DNA from: Candidatus Bathyarchaeota archaeon
Lineage (GTDB): Archaea > Thermoproteota > Bathyarchaeia > Bathyarchaeales > Bathycorpusculaceae
Reading direction: 5' to 3'
Length of the DNA stretch: 64,000 nt
Assembly: GCA_963707955.1 (NCBI GenBank)
Contig: OY970176.1
Coordinates: forward strand, 480,001-544,000
Shown one piece after another: positions 11,176 to 20,650 of the stretch; within the stretch, counting starts at the first letter, position 1, and every line of letters begins with the position of its first letter. The notes beneath the pieces were generated by a model. The model worked only from the letters and a program-made list of their open reading frames with translations. It was not told the DNA's origin and ran no database searches. The translations under genes and the position numbers were made by a program.

Positions 11176-12332
11176 CTCCTCCTCAGCGTCGGGTCCAAGA
11201 TGTCCCTTACTGCGTCTCCAAGCAGGTTCCATCCGAGGCAAAATATGAATATGAAGGCACCGGGGATTATCCAGATGTACCAGTATAGACCTAGCGCGCC
11301 CGCCTGTCCTATGTAGTCTTGTGATTTCTGAACTAGCTGTCCCCAGTCTGCATAGTTTGTGGGAGCGCCTATTCCCAGAAAGCTCAGTGCTGCTGCGGTT
11401 AAAACTACTCCTCCGATGTCGAGTGAAGCCAAGATCAGTATTGGGTATATAGCGTTTGGGACGATGTGTCTGACCATGATTCTAATGTCTGAAGAACCCG
11501 AAGCTTTTGCAGCTTCAATATAATCCTCGTTTTTTGTTCTCAACACTTCCCCGCGTATGACCCTCGTGTACCCGGGCCACCCTACCAGTGTGAGCGCTAT
11601 CAGCACTTTGTCAAGCTTCCCGAGACTAAGGCCAAAGCCTATGTTTGGCAGATAGCTCGCAAGCACGGCAACGCTCAGGAGGATTGCCACCACCGCGGAT
11701 ATCAGCCATGCCATTGATCTTAGGCTTGTGATTCGCGCCCTTGAAAATGCCAGATTTGATATCGTTATTAAACTCAAGACAACCGCGATTATCGGTAGAA
11801 TATAGGCCACTCCAAGAATCAGGTTGTCCGGCAAGACTGCAACGAACACGATTGCTAAGACGAGGCCTGGAAAGGCGAAGATTATGTCAGTGAACCTCAT
11901 TAGCACTTCATCAATCAACCCACCGTAATATCCTGCAAGTATTCCGATGGTCAACCCTATCAACAACGACAATCCTACAACGATTATTCCCACACGGAAC
12001 GCGGTTATGCTTCCCCACACGCACGCATAATATATGTCATAATTATCCACGGTAAGACCAAACGGGCTGGTTGCGCTCGGCGGCGTCGGCACAGAAAACC
12101 ATGAGGAGCGGGGAATTGTAAAGGGATCGCGAACCTTCGTAATGTCCCAAGAAGGCTTCGGTGCGAGTATAGGAGCGGATGCGGCCATTATGACAAAGAA
12201 GACGATTATGAACACACCTACTAATGACAAAGGACTCCTTCTTATTCGGTAAAGCATGAATTTTAGCTCTGCCATCGTAGGCGATGCTGCCTTCTCGATT
12301 TTCTCCGGCTTTTTCTCTGATGTTTTAGCCAT
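11172..12332 (-). CDS. oppC: Oligopeptide ABC transporter permease
   Basis: EAA loop (YIEAAKASG), LSFLGIG...DWG, GDAVRDILDP. Confidence 0.93.
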   Translation of the reverse strand: MAKTSEKKPEKIEKAASPTMAELKFMLYRIRRSPLSLVGVFIIVFFVIMAASAPILAPKPSWDITKVRDPFTIPRSSWFSVPTPPSATSPFGLTVDNYDIYYACVWGSITAFRVGIIVVGLSLLIGLTIGILAGYYGGLIDEVLMRFTDIIFAFPGLVLAIVFVAVLPDNLILGVAYILPIIAVVLSLITISNLAFSRARITSLRSMAWLISAVVAILLSVAVLASYLPNIGFGLSLGKLDKVLIALTLVGWPGYTRVIRGEVLRTKNEDYIEAAKASGSSDIRIMVRHIVPNAIYPILILASLDIGGVVLTAAALSFLGIGAPTNYADWGQLVQKSQDYIGQAGALGLYWYIWIIPGAFIFIFCLGWNLLGDAVRDILDPTLRRR

Positions 12333-12335
12333 TTA

Positions 12336-13385
12336 TTATCCCAGTCTTATCCTTGGGTCGAGATATGCGTAGAGGACGTCAACTAGCAGGTTTGAGATGA
12401 TGTATATGAAGGCCGTAAACAGCGTAAATCCAACTACCATAGGTACGTCAGGAGCCATGCCTCCCCCTGCGCCTGCGGCCCGAGCGACCAAGTTACCTAC
12501 ACCGGGGATGTTAAAAACTGTCTCGGTGATAACTAATCCACCCATCATTCCTGCAACTATCAAGCCCGAGATGGTAACCACAGGTATGAGCGCGTTCCTC
12601 CTTGCATGCCTGTTTATCACCTCTCTTTCCTTCAAGCCTTTCGCCCTTGCAGTTATTACGTATGACTTATTCAACGCTTCAAGCATGCTTGACCGCGTAA
12701 TTCTGATTAAAGCAGCCACATTCACCACAACGAGGCATATCACTGGGAGCACCAAGTGTTCTAAAGCGTCCACTACTATGTCCCAGCTTCCGTTCAGTAT
12801 GCCGTCTATGACGTACATTCCAGTGTAACTGTGCCAGTTTGTGTTCGCCCACACCTGGATTTGATGAGGTAAACTTAATTGTCCATACGAAAAAAACCCG
12901 AAGAGACCGAACGCTAAAGCAATGAGAATTAGAGCTAACCAGAACAATGGAACGGAGTAACCGCTAATGCTTAGTAACCGCGTGAAATGGTCGATCGGTC
13001 CATCCTTGTGTACAGCAGAAACCACTCCCAAAAGAATCCCAAACAATATTATGAAAGGCGATGAAAAGAGAACGATTTCAATCGTGGCAGGCCATGCATG
13101 CAGCATCACTTGAAGCACCGGTCCCATTCCAACATAAGAATAACCCAAGTTTCCATGAATTAACGAGTTGAACCAATCTGCAAACTGCACCCAAACCGCG
13201 CTATTCAAATGGTGCTGCTCAATAATTAGAGGTAGATTTTGAAGCTGCTTTTCATTTCTCACGTAGAGCATTGCTCTTGCAGTTGGACTAAGAAGTTGAG
13301 TGGTGGCAAAAACAAGCAATACTGCGCCCAGAGCCACGGGAATCACAAGCAGCAACCTTCTAATGATGTATTCCCTCAGTCCCAT
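12336..13385 (-). CDS. oppB: Oligopeptide ABC transporter permease
   Basis: YIIRRLL, TARAKGL, RHARRNAL, ITETVF, YAYLDPRIR. Confidence 0.94.
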   Translation of the reverse strand: MGLREYIIRRLLLVIPVALGAVLLVFATTQLLSPTARAMLYVRNEKQLQNLPLIIEQHHLNSAVWVQFADWFNSLIHGNLGYSYVGMGPVLQVMLHAWPATIEIVLFSSPFIILFGILLGVVSAVHKDGPIDHFTRLLSISGYSVPLFWLALILIALAFGLFGFFSYGQLSLPHQIQVWANTNWHSYTGMYVIDGILNGSWDIVVDALEHLVLPVICLVVVNVAALIRITRSSMLEALNKSYVITARAKGLKEREVINRHARRNALIPVVTISGLIVAGMMGGLVITETVFNIPGVGNLVARAAGAGGGMAPDVPMVVGFTLFTAFIYIISNLLVDVLYAYLDPRIRLG

Positions 13386-13607
13386 CCAGATTCTTCCTTG
13401 GTTAGATGCTACTCAGGTTGAATTTATATTCTTGTCGAAAACAGCCTCGGAACAGACACCCATCACCGTCCCTGTTGAAGCCTCGAAGCCTTCTTCTACC
13501 CTCAACGCTAACGCTCAAACGACATCAGCACCCTCAAAATCTGCGAAAACAAAAAAAGGGGAAGTTGAGCTTTGCTGTTGTTCGTTTTGTCTGCTGTTTC
13601 TCGCGTG

Positions 13608-16103
13608 CTACGGAATACCGTACCACACGCCGTACTGCCAAGCACCGTTTCCGGTGCCGCTCACAGTGTCCACTTGGCCGAAGTGCGATAGGATCGTCAC
13701 TATGTCGCCCATGTTGATTACTCTGTCAGTCCATTCTAGACGTGGTGTGCCGATGATGTCACAGAAGAAGTTCCATCTTGCCTGCATGAGTGGCCAGAAA
13801 CCTCCTCCTGAGCCGAATTGGCCGTAGTAGGATCCGAAGGCTTTCAGTGCGTCGATTACGTCTGCCATGTTAACTGCGCCGCTGCGGTCCACGTCGCCCG
13901 GTATGCCGTTGTACTTCCACAGGTTGTAGGCGTAGAGTCCTGGGTAGAGTGGGTTGTAGTAGTGTCCCTGCACCCAGTCTCTATGGAAACCCGTGCCTAC
14001 CGGCGTCATCAGGGTGACGCTTGGCACGTCGTTGTAGTAGATTGATTCCACTTGGTAGTAGTCATTTTGTAACGTCGTCGGGTCGTTGGTGTACGCTGTT
14101 ACTTTCAAGAGCGCGTCCACTGTCGGGTTGCTGTATGATGTGAACGCGGCGTACTCGTTCCCGGTTTCCATGTATGGGACCAAGAAGTCTTGTAGACCAG
14201 AGTAGTCTGCGAGCCATCCAATCATGAATTCTGGTAGTTTTCCAAACGTCATGTCGGTGAGCTCAGTGCCCCAGACGCATCCTTGAGATGATGCGTGGAA
14301 GTTGGGGTTGAGACTGTTGATCATGACTGCCAAATTGTCCATCATGTTCTGCCTTGGACTGTTTCCAATGTTGTAGAGTAACTTTATTGTGAACCCGATT
14401 GAGGTCAGGTTAGTGTTCGCTAAAGCCATGTATGCTGCTGCCTGTGCAAGGTTGATGCTGTATGTTGCCTGCGCAGGGTTGATGTATGGAAAGCCGTTCG
14501 GTGCGCAGGTGATTGGCTCATAACCTCTGCCATAGAACTGGGTCTGTATGTAGTACGTCTCGTTTATGCAATAGGCGAACATCTTGCGGATGTTTACGTC
14601 GGCAAAGAAGTTGCTCGGAATACCGGTACCCGTCCAGACTCCCGCAGGATCTATCTCACCATACGCGCCAGTGACGTTCGTTTGTATGGCTTGGTTCATG
14701 AAGAACGATTCAGTCGCCACTGATGGAATCGGATAGTTGCATTGTATGCCGGGCTTTGTGGGGTCATTAACCACCCGCGGATCGCTTAGCGGGTACGGTG
14801 AACCTGTGAAAAGATTCTGCGAAGCAAGGGCCATCGGCGTGTAAGCAAAGTCAGCTGCTCCGGCGACTAAGGCGGCCAAGCCACCAGCTGTAGCGATCTG
14901 CGCGACTACAAATGTGTCCACCCAACCCTGTGGCTTAGTAGGTGGGCTGTTTGCGCTGTTTGGCGGCTGGTAAGGCGTGTTTGGCCATGATGCCGGCCAA
15001 CCTCCCCAGTAGCCTGGGTCGGCGCCGGTGAACCTCACCATGACGTATGCGCCGTCGAGTGCTGGGTTGTAGGATTGCAGTATGTAGGGGCCTGTTCCGC
15101 ATGTGACACCGCCCGCCACTTCGTCGTAGATTGCAATGCCTGGGCTATAATACATTGACCAGTTGTTCCAGTCGTCGAAGGTCCATTCAATCTCGTCGCC
15201 AGTCCCTCCAGTCAAAGCGTCGGTTACACCGTGTGCGTACAAGTATGGGATGAGGTAGCCGAGCGTCCATTGGTAGCTTACGATGCTTGCCCATTGTTGC
15301 GCCCACACTTGGAAGAACGTGTTCAACGGATAGTCTATGGGCAGAGCGCCTGTGGCAGTCCAGAAGTTGGGGTTAAAGCTTCCATCGGGCATGAACATGT
15401 TCACTGAATTAGAAAATGTTGCTGCCGCGACTGCGAAGCCTTGGTTTGGAATGTTGAACCAGCAGTCAGTGCTGTTGTACTGTACAGCTCCCATGAGATG
15501 CGTCTGGAAGGTGGAGTTTGTCAGGTCGGCCGTGGTTATTGAGTCTTGGAGCAGCAACGCGTCGTATATCAGCCAGTAACTGCCCTCGTTCGAGTAGGCG
15601 TGAACCAGGTTGCGGTCGAAGCTGTAGGCAACGTCCTCCGGCGTTAAGTAGTACTGAGCCCAGGTCAGGTTGCCCGCGTCAGCTCTGCTCCAGGTTTGGA
15701 ACGGAACGTTGGTGCGAATCTTGAAGTCAACCGTGAAGTTCGTGTATGCTGGAGATCCCGCGATTGGAGGTTGAACAGTCACCTGTGTAGCGAGCATTGC
15801 TAGGTACTCGTTGGAAACTCCACTGTTTGGTACGTTGCCGCTTTGTTCACCGTTGAAGAAGATGAGCGGATCGTACGCGTTCATTAACAGTTCTGCCGAG
15901 GCTGTGTCGTACTCCGCAGCGGGGTCAAGCGTAGCTGGGCCACCGCCTCGAAGCGTGTCTTCAACGAGCGTGTTCGGGTTCTGTACAGCGCCGCCTGCGC
16001 CTGTCGGTGCGGTCGGTACTGTAGCGATTACTGGGTACATGATCATCGGTAGTACCATTATGAAAGCCATAGCGATGCCTAACATCACATATATTTTATT
16101 CAT
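13608..16103 (-). CDS. oppA: Family 5 ABC substrate-binding protein with C-terminal dockerin-like module
   Basis: TLDPA, EDVAYSF, GTGPY, IGWLADY motifs; C-terminal GDVDRSGAVNMADVI...DRVINMGDIVTILSHFG. Confidence 0.9.
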   Translation of the reverse strand: MNKIYVMLGIAMAFIMVLPMIMYPVIATVPTAPTGAGGAVQNPNTLVEDTLRGGGPATLDPAAEYDTASAELLMNAYDPLIFFNGEQSGNVPNSGVSNEYLAMLATQVTVQPPIAGSPAYTNFTVDFKIRTNVPFQTWSRADAGNLTWAQYYLTPEDVAYSFDRNLVHAYSNEGSYWLIYDALLLQDSITTADLTNSTFQTHLMGAVQYNSTDCWFNIPNQGFAVAAATFSNSVNMFMPDGSFNPNFWTATGALPIDYPLNTFFQVWAQQWASIVSYQWTLGYLIPYLYAHGVTDALTGGTGDEIEWTFDDWNNWSMYYSPGIAIYDEVAGGVTCGTGPYILQSYNPALDGAYVMVRFTGADPGYWGGWPASWPNTPYQPPNSANSPPTKPQGWVDTFVVAQIATAGGLAALVAGAADFAYTPMALASQNLFTGSPYPLSDPRVVNDPTKPGIQCNYPIPSVATESFFMNQAIQTNVTGAYGEIDPAGVWTGTGIPSNFFADVNIRKMFAYCINETYYIQTQFYGRGYEPITCAPNGFPYINPAQATYSINLAQAAAYMALANTNLTSIGFTIKLLYNIGNSPRQNMMDNLAVMINSLNPNFHASSQGCVWGTELTDMTFGKLPEFMIGWLADYSGLQDFLVPYMETGNEYAAFTSYSNPTVDALLKVTAYTNDPTTLQNDYYQVESIYYNDVPSVTLMTPVGTGFHRDWVQGHYYNPLYPGLYAYNLWKYNGIPGDVDRSGAVNMADVIDALKAFGSYYGQFGSGGGFWPLMQARWNFFCDIIGTPRLEWTDRVINMGDIVTILSHFGQVDTVSGTGNGAWQYGVWYGIP

Positions 16104-16280
16104 TGTTTTCTCTCCTTTTCTCCTATAATTTTTCAGCAAATACTACTTCACGCCAGTGACATTTAACCTTTATGGAAGATTGTTTCATTGCAATAGTTCT
16201 GTCAAAACAGGCTTTTCGAAAGCTCTTAATAAACGAATATTTGACGAAAACAGAGTCCAGAATCGCCTGCTGTTTCACGC

Positions 16281-16976
16281 TCAGGCAGCGTAGGCGAAGA
16301 CGCTGCGAGAAAACCTGTTCTTCATCGCCCTAATCAGCAGAGTCAAGGCCGCGATGATCACTGTCCAGAGTATGGGCGTTGCGAACGGAGAAAAACCGAA
16401 AGCTGGGCCCGTTCGGAGCAGCGCCTCGCTCAGCCATGCGAAAGAGGTAAGGAACAAGGGAACCAGAGAGGACAACACTGAACCTAGAATCACGAACACA
16501 ACGGCCAAGCCAAAGTAGTAGTTGCTCAACCAGGACAGTGCGTTCTTCACTATTCGAAGCGCCTTCAAGTCGCCTTCGCCAAACCCTGTGTCTTTCGGAG
16601 TTTTCAAGAAAACGGTTGCGTTGTGATAGACCTCGAATGCACCGTCCACGAAAAGAAGGTTCAAGGAGATGACTGCCAGGACAGCGCTGAACAGTAAGCC
16701 ATTCACGAGGACCTCAACAAACACAAAAAAGGCCAAGCCCATACCGGCCAGCCCCATGAAAGGAACAGCCATCAGCAGACTATCGATCATCCTTCTACTC
16801 TCAGGAAAAGGATCGAAAATATTGAATGTGCGGTCGAACACGCTCACCGAAGGGTTTTCAACGACTCTTTTCAAACGTCGAAACCGACGACGGAAAAAAA
16901 CGGCCAAAACTACTGACAGGAAACCCGAACCAAACATGGTCAACGAAGAAGAGAAAAAGGCCGTTTCAGTTACCAT
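16281..16976 (-). CDS. Hypothetical multi-pass membrane protein
   Basis: About 5 hydrophobic helices in a 231-aa ORF. Confidence 0.7.
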   Translation of the reverse strand: MVTETAFFSSSLTMFGSGFLSVVLAVFFRRRFRRLKRVVENPSVSVFDRTFNIFDPFPESRRMIDSLLMAVPFMGLAGMGLAFFVFVEVLVNGLLFSAVLAVISLNLLFVDGAFEVYHNATVFLKTPKDTGFGEGDLKALRIVKNALSWLSNYYFGLAVVFVILGSVLSSLVPLFLTSFAWLSEALLRTGPAFGFSPFATPILWTVIIAALTLLIRAMKNRFSRSVFAYAA

Positions 16977-17115
16977 GCTCCAACGCCTTCAACCCGACTG
17001 GAACCTTCAACATCACAAAACGTTGTCAGCTCAACTAATATGCTTGTTGCCTGCACGCTCAAGGTTCACACAATAGAAAAAGAGGTCTTTAGCTTCTTCC
17101 GCGCTCGCCATGTTT

Positions 17116-17153
17116 GGCGCACCCAAGTTCATTAAATTCCCTTTTCTAAGCGT
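17116..17153 (+). repeat. Degenerate copy of the dispersed intergenic element
   Basis: GGCGCACCCAAGTTCATTAAATTCCCTTTTCTAAGCGT. Confidence 0.6.
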
Positions 17154-17356
17154 GATAGAGCCAAGCTGAAAGAGCCAGGTTGAAAAGACAGGCCACCTTT
17201 GTTAAATCATTCTAAATGTTCAGCAACACTGTCTGCTGATTCTTTTCAAAGAGTCACGAACCATTTGAACAGCTCAAGTTTGCTCGAACATCTGAGTTCG
17301 ACATAAGCCCACAGCATTCGCATGCCATAAAATAGGCAACAAAAAAGTGTCAGCAC

Positions 17357-17515
17357 CTAGCTTTCGCTAATCTTCTTCAACTGTTTTCTATAAATCTCTA
17401 CGATCTCGTTCACAGTAGTAGCATCCTCTGCGGCCTTGTCTAAACGGTAGTTTCCTGTGAAACGTGGAAACCGAATAGCGAGTCCGCTTCCCTTGGGAAT
17501 TACATCCATGGCACA
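17357..17515 (-). pseudogene. lig: Diverged duplicate of the last ~52 codons of ATP-dependent DNA ligase
   Basis: [34 protein letters not shown] versus [34 protein letters not shown] in the intact gene. Confidence 0.88.
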
Positions 17516-17583
17516 CCTTAGAAAAGCAAACAACAAGATTTTAAGTATAAAGTGCATCATCTATACTTACGGGGGAGGACAGG

Positions 17584-17838
17584 TTGCCGCCGGCTGTTTG
17601 GGTAGAGATGAATTGTCCCGACCACGGCTTGGAACGCTTCAAGATAAAAGTCATCAAGAAGTATAACGTCAAGAAAGAGTTGATCGAGCCGAAGTTCAGG
17701 ATGAAACTCAAGCATGAACTTGCCGGGGTAGTTGTTGGAAAAAACGTGAGCCACCTAGAAGTCAGGGATTACTTGGTGGAGTACTTCAGAGCAGCAGGAA
17801 TGACGGACAGAATCGTGAGCATGAGGTACCAGCTGTAA
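17584..17838 (+). CDS. Small basic hypothetical protein, CPxHG family
   Basis: Paralog of 2889..3140; TTTAAGTA TATA-like box and GGAGG upstream. Confidence 0.8.
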   Translation: MPPAVWVEMNCPDHGLERFKIKVIKKYNVKKELIEPKFRMKLKHELAGVVVGKNVSHLEVRDYLVEYFRAAGMTDRIVSMRYQL

Positions 17839-18009
17839 GATGCGTGTTTTTCAGCCTTTCAATGGGCAACTGAAGCCACGATTAGCCGGGTAGACTTTGA
17901 GATCGTAGTTCTAGTCAGAATCGTAAAGGAACTAAACCCACATAGGGAAATAGGAACAACGTCAGAAGAAGACGCAGGTGGATATGGGAAAGACTTGCAG
18001 ATGTGTCAA

Positions 18010-19773
18010 TCAGACTTCAGTTATTTTCTTGAGTTGATTGTGGTACATCTCTAGCACCTCGGCAGATGTCGTTGCATCTTCCGGTGCCTTGTCAACCCTG
18101 TAATTTCCTGTAAACCTTGGAAAACGAATGGCAAGCCCGCTGCCCTTGCGCACAGAATCCAAAGCGCACGTGTGAATCGGGCTCAGAGTGATCTCCGCAC
18201 CCAAGACTTCGACAACGACAACAGGTTCAAACCACACGTCCGCTTCAAGCAGCGAATCAACCCTAGGATGCCTGTGCTGAACAACATGCTTCTGCAACAT
18301 ACTAGGAAGCTTCGCCAAATCCTGGTCCGTGAAACCTGTCCCACACTTCGTAACGGTCTCAAAAGTGTCATCTTCAGCATCGTACGTTGCCAAAAGGAGG
18401 GCACCGTACTTTCCAGCCCTCTTTCCCCTACCATGAAAAGCCCCAACAACAACCAGGTCAACAGTGTCCTTCATCTCGCTCTTGTAGTCACGCTTGTACT
18501 TTATCCACAGCCATCCCCTAGCTCCGGTTTGGTACACGGAATCCCTCGCGATCGACTTGCACACTAAGCCCTCGCAACCGTTCTGAATAGCCTCTAAAAA
18601 GAACTTTTCAAGCTCAGCCGCGTTATCGGTTATCGTGCGGTCCGCGAGCTTCGCATGGTCGCTTTCTCTTATGGTTTTTTCGAGGATCTTCCTCCTTAAA
18701 GGGTATGGTTCCAGAGTCAGGTCTTTTCCGTTGACATAGAGGGCTTCAAACATGAAGAGCGAAACAGGATAGTCCTCAATGGCCTTGTCAATCTCGTACT
18801 TGCGTCTGCGATGCATAAGCTCCTGGAACGGCCTCATTTCGCCAGTGTCAGGGTCAACCGCAACGCATTCACACTCAAGAATAGCCTCCTTGGCCTTAAC
18901 ATGCTGCTTAAACAGCTTAACAGCGTCTGGATACTGACTTGATATGTTCTCCAGACGACGAGAAAAAAGCGTCACATCGTCCCCCCGTTTATGAGCCTGG
19001 AGACGCTCACCGTCATACTTGTACTCGGCTACGCATTTTCCTCCGAGTTTCTCAAGGATCTCCTCAGGGGACGAAAGCCGTTCAGCCAGCATCGGCCTAA
19101 TAGGCTCGCCGATTGAAACCTGAAAACTCTTGATGCCTTCGAGGCCCTTTTCAACGAGGGTCTTAGCGACTCTTCCGAGGTCAGAACAGATATTATAAGC
19201 ACGTTCAACGTGTTCTCGGGCTTCCTTGCCACCGCCGTAGGCTATAGCCAGAGCATCGAGAACCGTCATGTCTGCTATGCCTAGGCGCAGGTTCCCAGTT
19301 ACGGTCCTCAAAATGTACTTTGCTTCACTGGGAGACGCCGCAGCCAACAAGCCAGCCAAGAGGGCCATCTTCGTGTCAACGGCACCCGTCCCAGATGCTT
19401 TAGCCATTTTGTCAAGAGTTTCGTAGACTTTTTCAACCGTTAATGCTTGTTGAAAAAAGGTCACTTGCTTCTTGTTGGCTAAAAACTTTCGGCCTGTTTC
19501 ACCGACATCTCCACTCTTCTTCATGTCCTCTTCGATCTGGCTTTCCCTGCTCCCGGTAGCTCTCGCCAGAGCCTTCACTGCGAGCTTTTCAGCCACTCCG
19601 ATCTCTGTTCCCACAAAATCAGGGTATATCCTGCCCTGAGTGAGGTATGCAACCTTGTCTATGACCTGTCTCGGAGTGTTTTTGAGAAGGTCAACAAGCA
19701 GATCTGTCATCTCTAACCGTTTCTTCGTCCCCTCAATCTGTTCATAAGCCTCAGCAATCATGCTGTACTTCAA
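18010..19773 (-). CDS. lig: ATP-dependent DNA ligase
   Basis: Motif I EYKYDGER, EGLVCK, WIKYKRDY, RFPRF. Confidence 0.97.
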   Translation of the reverse strand: MKYSMIAEAYEQIEGTKKRLEMTDLLVDLLKNTPRQVIDKVAYLTQGRIYPDFVGTEIGVAEKLAVKALARATGSRESQIEEDMKKSGDVGETGRKFLANKKQVTFFQQALTVEKVYETLDKMAKASGTGAVDTKMALLAGLLAAASPSEAKYILRTVTGNLRLGIADMTVLDALAIAYGGGKEAREHVERAYNICSDLGRVAKTLVEKGLEGIKSFQVSIGEPIRPMLAERLSSPEEILEKLGGKCVAEYKYDGERLQAHKRGDDVTLFSRRLENISSQYPDAVKLFKQHVKAKEAILECECVAVDPDTGEMRPFQELMHRRRKYEIDKAIEDYPVSLFMFEALYVNGKDLTLEPYPLRRKILEKTIRESDHAKLADRTITDNAAELEKFFLEAIQNGCEGLVCKSIARDSVYQTGARGWLWIKYKRDYKSEMKDTVDLVVVGAFHGRGKRAGKYGALLLATYDAEDDTFETVTKCGTGFTDQDLAKLPSMLQKHVVQHRHPRVDSLLEADVWFEPVVVVEVLGAEITLSPIHTCALDSVRKGSGLAIRFPRFTGNYRVDKAPEDATTSAEVLEMYHNQLKKITEV

Positions 19774-19889
19774 TCTTGAAGCCCCACGTTAAGGTGCAAT
19801 CTGGAAGATATTAAGACTTCACCCAAACAGTTTAGTGGCAAATTTGCAGCATGTTTGACTGCGAGCTTGCAATTTAAAGGCTCTTTTCC

Positions 19890-20412
19890 CTAGAAGGTTT
19901 CTGGGTGAACGATCTGGTCCATCGGCCTCTTGCTTCTGGGTGAAGCGGACTCGGCGGCATAACCAACGGGGACTATGGCAACGGGCCTTATTCCTTGAGG
20001 AACGTTCAGTATCCTTCTCACCTCTTCTTCCCTGAACGCACCAACCCAGCACGTACCTAGACCGAGAGAGTAGGCGGCCAAGTGAATGTTCTGTACAGCC
20101 GCAGCCGTGTCTTGTATGCAATACAGCGATTTGCCCCGGTCACCGTAGCGTTGCGAAGAACGATTCTCGTTTGCACACACAACGATCACAACGGCAGCTT
20201 CCTTGATGAAAGACTGTTCCCAAGCTGCTTCCACAATTCCTCTTTTTAGCTCTGGCTTTCTGATGATCACGAATTCCCACGGTTGAATGTTTCCAGCAGA
20301 GGGGGCCCACATTGCCGCGTCAATGAGACTTCGCAACGTCCTCATCTGAAACGTCGCGTCTCTTGAACGCCCTTATGCTTCTCCTTCCTTTGATAGCTTC
20401 AAACACGTCCAT
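19890..20412 (-). CDS. Nitroreductase family protein; +1 frameshift near 20328
   Basis: MDVFEAIKGRRSIRAF... lies upstream in another frame and joins LIDAAMWAPSAGNIQPWEF; GLGTCWVG motif. Confidence 0.88.
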
Positions 20413-20494
20413 GATTTCAACTCTCCCTTCAGCGCTTGCAAACGTTCTCACAGTGCAAAAGCCTTAAGTCTTTTCATGCGTCACTTGCTTTTGG

Positions 20495-20553
20495 ATGATG
20501 AGTCTGAGAGTCAACAGAGCTCATGCTGTGATGTGACTCGACGGGCGAACTGA
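20495..20553 (+). ncRNA. Candidate box C/D guide sRNA (D guide matches 16S rRNA around C1402)
   Basis: C box ATGATGA 20495-20501, D' CAGA 20515-20518, C' GTGATGT 20528-20534, D box CTGA 20550-20553; guide CGACGGGCG is complementary to CGCCCGUCG; TTAAG TATA-like element about 30 nt upstream. Confidence 0.55.
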
Positions 20554-20650
20554 CACTTTCTTATAGAGAAAACTTATGAACGGAAACCACTGTTGAAAAA
20601 AGGAAAATTACGATGCACCGATGTGAGTCGCAACAGGGAAAAGGGGAAAT

